Of a stretch of 64,000 bases of DNA, positions 8,835 to 18,057 are shown piece after piece. How positions within the stretch are numbered: position 1 is the stretch's first letter; the number at the start of each line of letters is the position of its first letter. The stretch is from assembly GCA_965220745.1 (NCBI GenBank), contig CBDCQT010000013.1:672001-736000 (forward strand), in the 5' to 3' direction. A program made the position numbers and the translations under genes. Under the pieces are notes generated by a model. It did no database searches. It saw only the letters and a list, made by a program, of their open reading frames with translations, and had not been told where the DNA came from. This DNA comes from Alphaproteobacteria bacterium. Lineage in GTDB: Bacteria > Pseudomonadota > Alphaproteobacteria > UBA828.

Positions 8835-9910
8835 GGACCGGATCAGTGCTCTTTCTGCTAGCTGCCGCTGCGGTGATGGCGACGGTGACCGGGGCCGTTG
8901 CCGCCGGCGACGGGGCATCGGAAGGCGGAGCCGATACCTGGGCCGGCCACGCGGTGTCGGACGACGACGTGGCACGGGGCGGCCGCGCCGCGATGCCGTT
9001 CACGGCGAAGCAGATCGAGGCCCTGGGCCGTCTGCTGCAGGAGACGCAGCGGGCAGCGTCGGTGGCGGCGGACCCGGTACCGCAAGGACGCATCAGGCGG
9101 GTGCGCATCGGCTCCCCCGGAGAGGGCGCGATCCCCATGATCGCGGTGCGCAAGGGCTACGTGACGGCGGTCTCGTTCGCCGACGCCACCGGCGCGCCCT
9201 GGCCGATCGAGGACGCGCTGGTGGATGCACGGTTTCTGTCTGAGACAGTCGTGACTGGGACAGTTCGTCCTGCTGGCGGGGCGGGAGACGATGGCGGTGC
9301 CGGCCGGGGGAGCGGCCGTGTGCCAAGCCACCTTCTGTACCTGTTCCCGCAGGCGCGCTCCCTGCACGGCAACGCGGCGGTCAAGCTTCTCGGTCTCGCG
9401 GAGCCCCTGGTGCTGAGCCTTCGGGGCGGCGGAGCGGACACCGACTTCCGGGTGGAGATCAGGCTGGGGCTGCCCGGACCCAACGCCGAGCCTGCGGCAA
9501 CTGCCCCGTCCGGCTTCCACGCGGGCAATGCGGTGCTTCTGGACCTGCTGGGCGGCATCGCGCCGCCAGGTGCTGAGCGTCTCATGGTTGAAGGTGGCGG
9601 GCGGGACGACCGCGCCTGGCGCGTGAGCGGCGACCTTCTTCTGGTGACCCGCGCGCATCTGCTCTCGCCGGGGCCGTGGGCGGCAGAGCGCGGGGCCGGA
9701 GGCCGCTGGGCCTACCGGCTTCCCGATGTGCCCCACGCCCTGGTGAGCCAGGACGGGGGAACGTCCTTGTCAGGACGCGAAACGCGCCTCGCCTTCCGGG
9801 CATGGGGGGAGAGCGGGGTGCACCACGGAGTTCACCTGGACCGGAGAGTTTCAGCGCACCGGGGAGCTCCGCTGTTTCCGGGGTTGGAGAGAGAGGGAGA
9901 ACGGCAATGA
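8831..9910 (+). CDS. dotH: DotH/IcmK (TraN-like) protein
   Basis: GYVTAVSFADATGAPWPI, GNAAVKLLGLAEPL, LGLPGPNA, RAHLLSP. Confidence 0.8.
   Translation: MRTGSVLFLLAAAAVMATVTGAVAAGDGASEGGADTWAGHAVSDDDVARGGRAAMPFTAKQIEALGRLLQETQRAASVAADPVPQGRIRRVRIGSPGEGAIPMIAVRKGYVTAVSFADATGAPWPIEDALVDARFLSETVVTGTVRPAGGAGDDGGAGRGSGRVPSHLLYLFPQARSLHGNAAVKLLGLAEPLVLSLRGGGADTDFRVEIRLGLPGPNAEPAATAPSGFHAGNAVLLDLLGGIAPPGAERLMVEGGGRDDRAWRVSGDLLLVTRAHLLSPGPWAAERGAGGRWAYRLPDVPHALVSQDGGTSLSGRETRLAFRAWGESGVHHGVHLDRRVSAHRGAPLFPGLEREGERQ
9755..9873. repeat. 18-bp family A units in the dotH 3' end
   Basis: Forward unit gggggaacgtccttgtca (9755-9772); three reverse units at 9820-9873 (HHGVHL-DRRVSA-HRGAPL). Confidence 0.65.
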
Positions 9911-11064
9911 ACGCGAAGGCGAATGGAAGAGCCTCCGGCGCCGGCCGGCTCGCCGTGGCGGCCTTGCCCGCCATGCTGTGCGCGGCGGTCTGGGCCGGAG
10001 CTGTGTGGGCCGACGTGCCCGACAACCGGGGTGTGGGGTTCAACCCCGACGATCCGGTATCGCCGGCATACGGAGAGACGATCCAGGATCGGGACGAGCA
10101 GCGCCTCGGCGATGCGCTGGAGCATGGCGAGACCTTCATCTCCACGGTCGACGGCACGGGACGGGCGCTGCAAGAGGGTCCGCCGCTTCCCCTGGAGCAC
10201 GGGAGCGATCCCGCAGAGGTAGGGAGTGCGTCGCCGGATCCGGCAGTGAAGGCGCCCCGGCCGGTTCCGGCCTACGAAAGCATCAGCCGCCCCCGAACGC
10301 GCGGCCGGGACAGGGACGGCGGTCTCGCGGCGATGATCGGCGCTCTGCTGGAGAGCTGGACCCGGCCGCCGGAGATCGTGCGTCTGCGCTATGCGGATCC
10401 GCAGGAGCGCGGCAGCGATGCGGCGCGGTCTTCCGCAGCTCCGGAACCGCCGGCGCCGGTGGATGACGGCGTGCACCTGCCGCACGTCGCGGCGGGCCAG
10501 GGCTTCTACGCACACACTCTCTATGCCGTGGACTCGGACTATCCCGGTCCCGTGGTGCTGGAGCTGCTGCAGCCGCCGCTGGTGGGCGCGGTGGCGCACG
10601 GCGGCTTCGAGCGCGTCGGGGAGAGGCTGGTGCTCAGGCTTGCCAGCCTGACCTGGCGCGGCCGCACGCATCCCGTGGACGCCTGGGCCGTGGACCCCGA
10701 ATGCGCCTGCTTCGGCATCGAGGGCGAGGTGGACCGCCACTTCCTCGCCCGTGTCGTGCTGCCGGCGGCGGCCCGCTTCGCCGAAGGGTTCATGACCGCC
10801 GCCGCCATGCCGGCACGCACGCTGAGCCTGCAGGACGGCACCGTGCTGCACGAGCGCGGGGCGGGCGAGCGGGAAGCGCTCCACTCGGGCCTCGGGGCGG
10901 CGGCCCGCACCCTGGGCGACATCCTGACGGCCGATGCGCCGAAGGAGACCACGGTGCGCATCCCCCGCAACACGCCGCTGGTGGTCATGGTGGCTCGCCC
11001 GTTCGCAACGCCGCCGGGGGCGGCGGCTGCGTCGTGGCGGGAGAGGACCGATGCAGGGAACTGA
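9907..11064 (+). CDS. dotG: DotG/IcmE (VirB10-like) protein, short form
   Basis: AVDSDYPGPV, DAWAVDP, VDRHFLARVVLPAAARFAEGF, TTVRIPRNTP. Confidence 0.8.
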   Translation: MNAKANGRASGAGRLAVAALPAMLCAAVWAGAVWADVPDNRGVGFNPDDPVSPAYGETIQDRDEQRLGDALEHGETFISTVDGTGRALQEGPPLPLEHGSDPAEVGSASPDPAVKAPRPVPAYESISRPRTRGRDRDGGLAAMIGALLESWTRPPEIVRLRYADPQERGSDAARSSAAPEPPAPVDDGVHLPHVAAGQGFYAHTLYAVDSDYPGPVVLELLQPPLVGAVAHGGFERVGERLVLRLASLTWRGRTHPVDAWAVDPECACFGIEGEVDRHFLARVVLPAAARFAEGFMTAAAMPARTLSLQDGTVLHERGAGEREALHSGLGAAARTLGDILTADAPKETTVRIPRNTPLVVMVARPFATPPGAAAASWRERTDAGN

Positions 11065-11584
11065 CCTCGGCGGCGCAATGATCTCCCTGGTGCGGGACCT
11101 CGATCCCGCGCTCATGGTGCTGATCTCGGTGTGCTGCTACCTGCTTGGGTTTGCAGCCTTCATCCAGGGGTGCGCGCGCCTGCTGCGCCTCTCCGAGGAC
11201 CGCTTCAACGGACCTTCGGTTGCCGGCACCGCGCTCTGCTTCCTGGTCTGCCTGGTCATGACGAGCTTTCCCTCCTGGCTCGCCGCCGGCGGCGAGAGCC
11301 TGTTCGGGCAGGGCACCGCAGCGTCCGCCAGCATCGGTCACGGCAGCCGGGGCGCGGACTACGACGCCGTCATCGGCGCGGTGCTCACCGTCGTGGGCTG
11401 GGTCGGCGTTCTGGCCTTCCTGCGCGGCGCCTTCGTGCTGCGGGCCGCGGCGGACGGCGTGCCGGGCGCAAGCGCAGGCCGCGCCGCCATGCACATGCTG
11501 GGCGGGATCTGCGCCTGGCACATCGAGAGCCTGATCGGTGCGGTGCAGACCAGCCTCGGCATCCAGGTGCTGAGGGTCACGTGA
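11051..11584 (+). CDS. IcmC/DotE (TraQ)-like membrane protein
   Basis: Four TM helices; WVGVLAFLRG, HMLGGICAWHI; position after dotG. Confidence 0.65.
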   Translation: MQGTDLGGAMISLVRDLDPALMVLISVCCYLLGFAAFIQGCARLLRLSEDRFNGPSVAGTALCFLVCLVMTSFPSWLAAGGESLFGQGTAASASIGHGSRGADYDAVIGAVLTVVGWVGVLAFLRGAFVLRAAADGVPGASAGRAAMHMLGGICAWHIESLIGAVQTSLGIQVLRVT

Positions 11585-11595
11585 GGAGAAACGGC

Positions 11596-12015
11596 ATGAC
11601 CAACGCAATCGCACTCCTTCGAGTGGCGACACCCCTTCGGGTGGTTACACCCCTTCGGGTGGCGACACTGACGGCCATCGCGGGCGCGACGCTGTGGGCC
11701 GGGGGGCTGCTTCGGACCCCGCCCGCGCTGGCCGTGTCGTTGGGCGACATGGCCGACAAGGCGGCCACGGACCTCGACGCGGTGCCGGCGCTGCTCGCCA
11801 TCGGCTTCTATATCGTCGGCGCCGCCGTGGCGGGCTTCGGTCTGCTCAAGCTCAAGCGTCACGTCGATCACCCGCAGCAGACCACGCTCGGCTCGGGCCT
11901 CATCGCCATCCTCATCGGCGTGGCCCTGATCGCGGCCCCTGCGGTGATCAACGGCCTCGTCGACACCTTCGGCCTCGGCGGCGCGGTCCAGACCGTCAGC
12001 CGGCCCAGGCTCTGA
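11596..12015 (+). CDS. IcmD/DotP (TraR)-like small membrane protein
   Basis: RBS gaggag; FYIVGAAVAGFGLLKLKRHVDHPQQT..LIGVALIAAP. Confidence 0.65.
   Translation: MTNAIALLRVATPLRVVTPLRVATLTAIAGATLWAGGLLRTPPALAVSLGDMADKAATDLDAVPALLAIGFYIVGAAVAGFGLLKLKRHVDHPQQTTLGSGLIAILIGVALIAAPAVINGLVDTFGLGGAVQTVSRPRL
11612..11668 (+). repeat. 18-bp family B array, 3 units
   Basis: cactccttcgagtggcga-caccccttcgggtggtta-caccccttcgggtggcga; read as PLRVAT, a different frame from the dotC copies. Confidence 0.85.
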
Positions 12016-12046
12016 GAGCCGCGCAACAGATTGGGGAACGAGCCCC

Positions 12047-15000
12047 GTGACCCGCGTTCTCGAAGACGCCCTGGCGGCGAGCTGGACGCTGCGGCGCAAG
12101 CCGCTGGAGAGCTTCATGCTGCCGCAAGCCGCCATCGGCGACGGCATGCTCGCGTGCTCGGACGGCTCCCTGGTCTCGCTCATCCGCATCGACGGGGCGC
12201 GCTCGATGACCGGGGCCGAGGAGCTGGAGCGTTTCGTGGAACTGGCCTGCCGGCGTCTCAACAGCCGCCTGGCTGCGCCCGGTCATGCGCTGCACCTGAT
12301 GCTGGAGCGCGCACCCGACGATGCCGGGACACAGGTGGAGCGGATATGTGCGCGGGCCGGAGCCCAGGCATCTCGGCTCGGCCTCTCACTCAGCGACGTC
12401 CTGGACGAGCGGTCGCGTTATCTGGGCACCCTGCTCGCAGCCGAGAGCGTGATCTTCGCGTGCTGGACCCGGCCCGCGTGCCTCACGGCAGCCGAGGCCA
12501 GGCGGGGCCGCAAACGTCTGCGGCAGTGCCTCAAGGCCTGGCTGCCCGAGGCGGGGGAAGCCCAGTGCCCCGATGCCGTGCTCGACGGACTGGAGCCACG
12601 CCACCGGGCGCTCATGGACGCCATGGGCGCGCTGTTCGACGAGGCCGGCATCGTGGCAGAGCGGCTCGATGACGAGGCGGCGCTCAGGACCATGCGCGTG
12701 CTGCTCAACGGGACGGAGACCACTGCACCCGACTGGCGTCCTGTGACGGCAGAGAACGATACGCCGGCTCGGGCCACCGAGTCCCCCGAAGCGGGGGCCT
12801 TCCCGCCGCCGTTGGCGCCGCAGCTCCTGGTCCGCGATCCGCTGCACGCATCGAACGGCATCCGCATCGGCGGCCGCCTCTACGGCGCAATGGACATGGT
12901 GCTTGGGCCCAGGTGCGCGCGGCCCTTTGCCGAGCTGATGGAAGGCCTGGCCGAGGCGAAGCTGCCCTGCCGCTTCTCGATCCTCATCGAGGGCGGTGGG
13001 ATGCGCCGCCTCGGCGCCGCCGTCGCAAGGGTCTCGTCCGCCTTCCTCGCCTTCTCCCATCCCGACAGCTGTGCGGTGAGAGACGCCATGCGGGCACTTG
13101 CCGAGCAGGACGCTGCGGCGCAGGCGGTCGTCAGGCTTCGCATCGGCATGCTCACGTGGGTGGGAGCGCAGGAAGATGGGGAAGAGCTCGCGCGCCGGCT
13201 CGGGCGCCTCCAGCAGGTCGCCGAGGGATGGGGCGAGTGCGTGTTCTCGCCCCTCGTCGGAGACCCCCTCGAGGCCTTCGCGGCCTCGGTGCCGGGCTTC
13301 TGCTGCGGCGGCACCGCCGAGCCCGCGCTCGCCCCCCTCTCCGAGGCGCTGCGCCTCCTGCCCGTCTGCCGCCCCGCGGCCCTGGCGCGCTCCGCCGGAA
13401 CGGCCCGGCCCGGCGGAAGTTCCCGGAACGGGGGAACGCCCCGGAACGGGGGAACGCCCCGGAACGGGGGAACGCCCCGGAACAGGGAAGCACCCTGGTC
13501 CGCGGTCGACCACATCTTCCGGGCGCCCGACGGCAGGATGCTCCCCTTCTCCTGCAGCGGCGGCGAGGACCACGGCTTCGAGCTGATCCACGGCATCCCC
13601 GGCCGGGGCAAGTCGGTGCTGATGAACAGCCTTAGCCTCGCCCACCTCCTCCAGGGGGGCCAGGCCAGGCTGCCGCTTTCCGCCACCATCGACATCGGGC
13701 CCTCGTCCTCCGGCCTGATCTCGCTGATCCACGAGGCGCTGCCGCCGGAGCGGCGCGCCGAGGCGGGCTGGTTTCCGCTCCGCATGACCACGGCGTGCGC
13801 CATCAATCCCTGCGACACGCAGCTCGGCTGCCGCTCGCCCCTTCCGGCCGAACGCGCCTTCCTGGAGAACCTGGTGGGCCTGATCCTGACCCCTGCGGGC
13901 GTGGCAGGGGTGCCCGACGGCATGCGCGAGCTGATCGGGCCCACCGTGGACCGGGCCTACGGGCTCCGTTCCGATGCCATCGCCGGTGCCGAGCCCAACG
14001 TCTACACGCCCGGCAGGGACGGAGACGTGGACCGCGCCCTGGAGCGCGCCGGACTCGCTCCTTCGGACCTTCCCTGGTGGGAGGTGGTGGACCTGCTCTT
14101 CGATGCGGGCGATGCGGTGGCAGCGTCGCGAGCGCAACGCTACGCGGTGCCGGTATTGGGCGATTTCCTTGCCGCGGTGCGCGAGCCTGCGGTGCAGGGG
14201 CTGGTTGGCGAGGCGGTGCACGGCGCGGGCGGAGAGACCGTGACCCGGGCCTTCATCCGCATCCTCACGTCGCTGGCGGGCTCCTGGCCTGCGATGTTCG
14301 CGCCGACCGCCTTCGATACCGGCGCCGCCAGGGTGGCGGCCATCGACTTGCGCGAAGTGGCGCCGAGGGGCTCGGCCGAGGCCGACCGCCAGACCGCCGC
14401 CTTCTACATGCTGGCCCGCCACGCGCTGACCCGCCATTGGTGGATTGGGGAAGAGGACATCGACCAGGCACCGGGGCGTTCCCCTGTGCCCGAGCGCTAC
14501 CGCGCGTGGCACCGGGAACGCCTGCGGGAGATCCGCGAGACCCCGAAGCGCCTCGCCTTCGACGAGTTCCACCGCACCGGCTCCGCTGCGGCGGTGCGCG
14601 CCCAGGTGGAGCGCGACGCGCGCGAGGCGCGCAAGCACGGCGTCCGCCTCTGCCTCGCCTCGCAGCGGCACGAAGACTTCGGGCCTGCCCTGGTCGAGCT
14701 TGCCAACCGCATCTGGGTGCTGGGGGCGGGCGGCAAGGCGGCGGAGCTGGAGGCGCTTTCCCGGGTGTTCGATCTCAGCGCCACGGTGGCGGACGCGGTG
14801 TCGTACCGGCTCACGGGGCCGGGCCCCGAGGGCGCGCCGGCGCTGCTCATCGCCACCCATCCCGGGGGTCGCCTCGAGCAGGTGCTGCTGAACGCGCCGG
14901 GGCCGGTGGAGCTCTGGGCGCTGACCACCAGTCCGCGGGATGCGGCGCTCAGGGAGCGCCTGTGCGCCCGCCTTGCGCCGGCCGAGGCACGGGCGGCGCT

Positions 15001-15184
15001 GGCCAGGCGCTTCCCCACCGGCACTGCGGGCGCCTGGATCGAGGCGGAGCTGCGCCGGCTGGAGCTGCGCGGCGCAAGGGTGGCCGCCTCCGAAAGCGAC
15101 CTGCTCGACAGGCTCGCGGACGAGCTCGCGAGCGGCGGAACGATCGTTGCAACCATGACCGAGAGGAGAACGGAACCATGTTGA
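12047..15184 (+). CDS. icmB: IcmB/DotO (TraU, VirB4-like) ATPase
   Basis: 1045 aa; DGSLVSLIRIDG, Walker A GIPGRGKS, IDIGPSSSGLIS, INPCDTQLG, FDEFHRT, REARK..V.LCLASQ, GPVELWALTT. Confidence 0.9.
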   Translation: MTRVLEDALAASWTLRRKPLESFMLPQAAIGDGMLACSDGSLVSLIRIDGARSMTGAEELERFVELACRRLNSRLAAPGHALHLMLERAPDDAGTQVERICARAGAQASRLGLSLSDVLDERSRYLGTLLAAESVIFACWTRPACLTAAEARRGRKRLRQCLKAWLPEAGEAQCPDAVLDGLEPRHRALMDAMGALFDEAGIVAERLDDEAALRTMRVLLNGTETTAPDWRPVTAENDTPARATESPEAGAFPPPLAPQLLVRDPLHASNGIRIGGRLYGAMDMVLGPRCARPFAELMEGLAEAKLPCRFSILIEGGGMRRLGAAVARVSSAFLAFSHPDSCAVRDAMRALAEQDAAAQAVVRLRIGMLTWVGAQEDGEELARRLGRLQQVAEGWGECVFSPLVGDPLEAFAASVPGFCCGGTAEPALAPLSEALRLLPVCRPAALARSAGTARPGGSSRNGGTPRNGGTPRNGGTPRNREAPWSAVDHIFRAPDGRMLPFSCSGGEDHGFELIHGIPGRGKSVLMNSLSLAHLLQGGQARLPLSATIDIGPSSSGLISLIHEALPPERRAEAGWFPLRMTTACAINPCDTQLGCRSPLPAERAFLENLVGLILTPAGVAGVPDGMRELIGPTVDRAYGLRSDAIAGAEPNVYTPGRDGDVDRALERAGLAPSDLPWWEVVDLLFDAGDAVAASRAQRYAVPVLGDFLAAVREPAVQGLVGEAVHGAGGETVTRAFIRILTSLAGSWPAMFAPTAFDTGAARVAAIDLREVAPRGSAEADRQTAAFYMLARHALTRHWWIGEEDIDQAPGRSPVPERYRAWHRERLREIRETPKRLAFDEFHRTGSAAAVRAQVERDAREARKHGVRLCLASQRHEDFGPALVELANRIWVLGAGGKAAELEALSRVFDLSATVADAVSYRLTGPGPEGAPALLIATHPGGRLEQVLLNAPGPVELWALTTSPRDAALRERLCARLAPAEARAALARRFPTGTAGAWIEAELRRLELRGARVAASESDLLDRLADELASGGTIVATMTERRTEPC
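13395..13502 (+). repeat. 18-bp family A array, 6 units inside icmB
   Basis: ggggaacgccccggaacg about three times plus degenerate flanks (GGTPRN); one reverse unit at 14468-14485. Confidence 0.9.
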
Positions 15185-16260
15185 CGATGAACAGGGCGAC
15201 GGTGCTGGGCCATGCCGGCCGCGATCCGGAGATGCGCACGCTGCAGTCGGGCGGCGAGGTGGCGCTGTTCAGCCTGGCGACCAGGGAGCGGTTCACGCGC
15301 CGCGACGGCACGGCGGGCGAGGCCACCGAGTGGCACGCCATCGTGGCGTTCGGCAACGCGGCGCAGACGGTGCGCAAGATGGTGCGCAAGGGCGCGGCGG
15401 TTCTGGTCGAGGGGCGCATCGCGACGCGCACCTGGAAGGACAGGACGGGCAGGGAGCACCGGACCTCGGAGATCCTGGTCTCGGGTCCGCAGGCTTGCGT
15501 GAACGTGTTGACGAAGCGCGCCCGGGGGTCGGGCGGCGATGACGATCCGCCCGGCGGCGCTGCGCCGGCAGGGGCGGCGAAAGCCGCGACCGAGGATCCC
15601 GGCGATGACCCCGCAGACGCGGCGGCCGGCTCCGGCGCGGTCGAGGATGCGGGCGCGGACGACGATGCCGACACGGGAACCGGCGCTGCCGCGGACCGCG
15701 CTTCGTCCGACGGTGCGGAGAGTGAGGGGGCTGCCCCGACCGAAGCCGCTGCCGATGCGGCGGGCGCAACCTCCCTTCCGGCAGTCGAAAAGGCTGGGAA
15801 CGAAACAGGTACTCATGCCCCGGCTTGTGCCGGGGACGGACCTGAAGAGGAAGCGAGGCCGGCAGGCGGCGAAGATGCCGGTCCCGGAACCCAGGACGTT
15901 CAGACCGATGAAGCCACCGGCGCGGCCGATGAGGACACCGGCCATGACGGAGGGGATAGCGCGCCCGCCGCTTCCCCGGAGGGAACGGCCTCGGCTGAAG
16001 CGGCATCGGCCGAGGCCGCCACTGCCGGCGTGGAGGGCAGCACGTCGGCGTTGGGAGAGCCGGAGACCGACACATGCGGCGAGCCAGGGTCCGGCGAAGC
16101 GACCGGCAGCGCCGAAGACACGTCCGACGGAGGTGTTGCGACGGGCGACGCCGGTGATGCTGTGACCGGCAAAGCCGAAGCCACCGACGCGGGGGATGCC
16201 GGCAGCGAGGCGGTAACGGCTGGGGTCGAAGGCCGGGCAAGCGATGCCGGCCATGACTAG
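15178..16260 (+). CDS. ssb: Single-stranded DNA-binding protein with very long acidic tail
   Basis: MNRATVLGHAGRDPEMR...FSLATRE...TEWHAIV...VEGRIATRTW OB fold, then ~240 aa rich in D/E/A/G. Confidence 0.85.
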   Translation: MLTMNRATVLGHAGRDPEMRTLQSGGEVALFSLATRERFTRRDGTAGEATEWHAIVAFGNAAQTVRKMVRKGAAVLVEGRIATRTWKDRTGREHRTSEILVSGPQACVNVLTKRARGSGGDDDPPGGAAPAGAAKAATEDPGDDPADAAAGSGAVEDAGADDDADTGTGAAADRASSDGAESEGAAPTEAAADAAGATSLPAVEKAGNETGTHAPACAGDGPEEEARPAGGEDAGPGTQDVQTDEATGAADEDTGHDGGDSAPAASPEGTASAEAASAEAATAGVEGSTSALGEPETDTCGEPGSGEATGSAEDTSDGGVATGDAGDAVTGKAEATDAGDAGSEAVTAGVEGRASDAGHD

Positions 16261-16840
16261 CAGGACCCTTCTCCTCGCGGGTGTCCTGGCACTGGCGCTC
16301 TCCCTCTGGCCGGCAGAAGCCTCGGCGGCCGGCGTGGTGGGAGCTGCCGGTGCCGAGTGTGCGCCGGAGGTGGAACGCGCGCTGATCGAGGGTGCACGCA
16401 TGGGCGTCGAACGCGACGTGGCCGTCCTGCGCCATCCCGACCAGGGCATCCGCGACCCGGACTCGATCCTGGATTTCTCCTGCCTCGACGATCTCTTCGA
16501 TTTCCGGCGCTTCGACATCCTCTTCGATCCGGGCAGGAGCATGTCCGACCTGCTTGGCCTTGTGCAGCGGCGCATCTGCGCGGCTGCACGCGAGGCATAC
16601 CGCGGATACGTCGGCCGCCCCCTCAATGCGGCCCTCTACACCGCGCGCATTCCCCGGCTGCCGGGGCTCGGTCCGGTCCACGTGATCGAGAGCGCGGGGC
16701 GCGCCGGGAGCGCCGAGCGGGACCAAGGCATTCCCCTGGACCGGCGCTTCCCGCTGGAACAGGGCGTTCCGCTGGACCACGGCGTTCCCTTGTACCAGGG
16801 AGTTCCCGTGTTTCGTAGCATCGTGGGAGGCGGTCGATGA
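16244..16840 (+). CDS. Secreted hypothetical protein of the transfer cluster
   Basis: Signal peptide; Cys-containing core (SILDFSCLDDLF); overlaps both neighbours. Confidence 0.65.
   Translation: MPAMTSRTLLLAGVLALALSLWPAEASAAGVVGAAGAECAPEVERALIEGARMGVERDVAVLRHPDQGIRDPDSILDFSCLDDLFDFRRFDILFDPGRSMSDLLGLVQRRICAAAREAYRGYVGRPLNAALYTARIPRLPGLGPVHVIESAGRAGSAERDQGIPLDRRFPLEQGVPLDHGVPLYQGVPVFRSIVGGGR
16720..16809 (-). repeat. 18-bp family A array, 5 units
   Basis: ggaccaaggcattcccct ... gtaccagggagttcccgt; encodes DQGIPL-DRRFPL-EQGVPL-DHGVPL-YQGVPV. Confidence 0.9.
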
Positions 16841-18057
16841 GCACCGAGGCAATGACGACCGGGTCAACCACCGCCGGCGGTAGGGGCGCCCGGCCGCATG
16901 CCGCCGCGACGGGGCGCGCCGGCATGGTGCGGATTCTCCGCGGTGCGTGTGCCGCGGCGGTGGCAGCGATCGCGATCCTGGCGGCATCGCCCGCCGAGGC
17001 GCTTCGCTGCGACCGCACCGACAACGACCGCGCCGAGGCCAGCCGGGCGATCCGGGTCCTGACGGGCGAGATCGACGCCATGGAGCGGGCCATCATCGAG
17101 GCCTTGCGGCTCCAGACCGGCCAGCTCGCGGGCTACACCGCGCAGAGCACCAAGGCGCTGACCCAGGCGCTCGACGCCCAGACCCGTCTCCAGGCCCAAA
17201 CGGCGCGGGAGGTCGAGGAGACGCGGAGCATGAACGCGCACCGGCCGAGCCGGAGCGCGTGCTCGACGGTCACCGGCGTCACCGGTCTCGGGGCGACCCG
17301 GCGCGCCGCCGATGCCCACCGTGCTTCCGCAGGCGAGGTCGAGGCCGGGCGTATCGCGAGCGACCGCGCGGTGGTGGCGGAGGCCGGCAGCGCTGCCGAC
17401 GGCGCGGCGCGGTTCGATACCGTGACCGGGCTCTATTGCAGCCCCGGCCGCGCCGGCGACGAGACCTGCCGGGGCGAAGACGCCTGGCACGGCGTCGATC
17501 TCAGACCTGGAATCCTCCTCGACCGCCGCACGTTCGGCAGCGAAGAGGAACTCCACGCCGCAATCGAGCTCTCGCGCAACCTGGCGGCGCCGGTGGTGCA
17601 CGATCCCCTGCCGCTCGCGTCCGCCGAGACCGACCGGGAGCGCCGGCTGGTGCTGCTGGCGCGCGCCGCAGACGCGCGCACGGCGCTGGCTGCGGACTGG
17701 TTCGGACATGCCCGCAGCCTGCGCGCCCCGGGCGCCGATCTCGGTGCCTGGGCAGATGCCGTGTCCGGCGGACGCGGGCGCGACACGGGAAAGCCGATCA
17801 GCCGCTACGCGCTGATGGAGCTGCTGGCGAGCCGCCGCTTCGAGGATCCCGCCCGGTTCGTGGCGTTGCAGGAGATGTCCGCGGACAACCTGCTGCGCGA
17901 GCTGGCGATGCTGACCTCCATCTCCCTCATGCTCGACTGGGAGCGCTTCCGGCAGGATGAGCGCCGGGGCGCCATGGAGGCGGCGCGGCTGGCTCTCGGG
18001 GTGGAAGAGATGCGCCGCCTGCCGGGCCTCACCGATCCGGGGGCCGCGCCCCGATGA
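16837..18057 (+). CDS. Secreted helical protein, possibly TraW-like
   Basis: Signal peptide, coiled coil, C-terminal RRFEDP..ALQEMS..NLLRELA; sits immediately before dotA. Confidence 0.55.
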   Translation: MSTEAMTTGSTTAGGRGARPHAAATGRAGMVRILRGACAAAVAAIAILAASPAEALRCDRTDNDRAEASRAIRVLTGEIDAMERAIIEALRLQTGQLAGYTAQSTKALTQALDAQTRLQAQTAREVEETRSMNAHRPSRSACSTVTGVTGLGATRRAADAHRASAGEVEAGRIASDRAVVAEAGSAADGAARFDTVTGLYCSPGRAGDETCRGEDAWHGVDLRPGILLDRRTFGSEEELHAAIELSRNLAAPVVHDPLPLASAETDRERRLVLLARAADARTALAADWFGHARSLRAPGADLGAWADAVSGGRGRDTGKPISRYALMELLASRRFEDPARFVALQEMSADNLLRELAMLTSISLMLDWERFRQDERRGAMEAARLALGVEEMRRLPGLTDPGAAPR

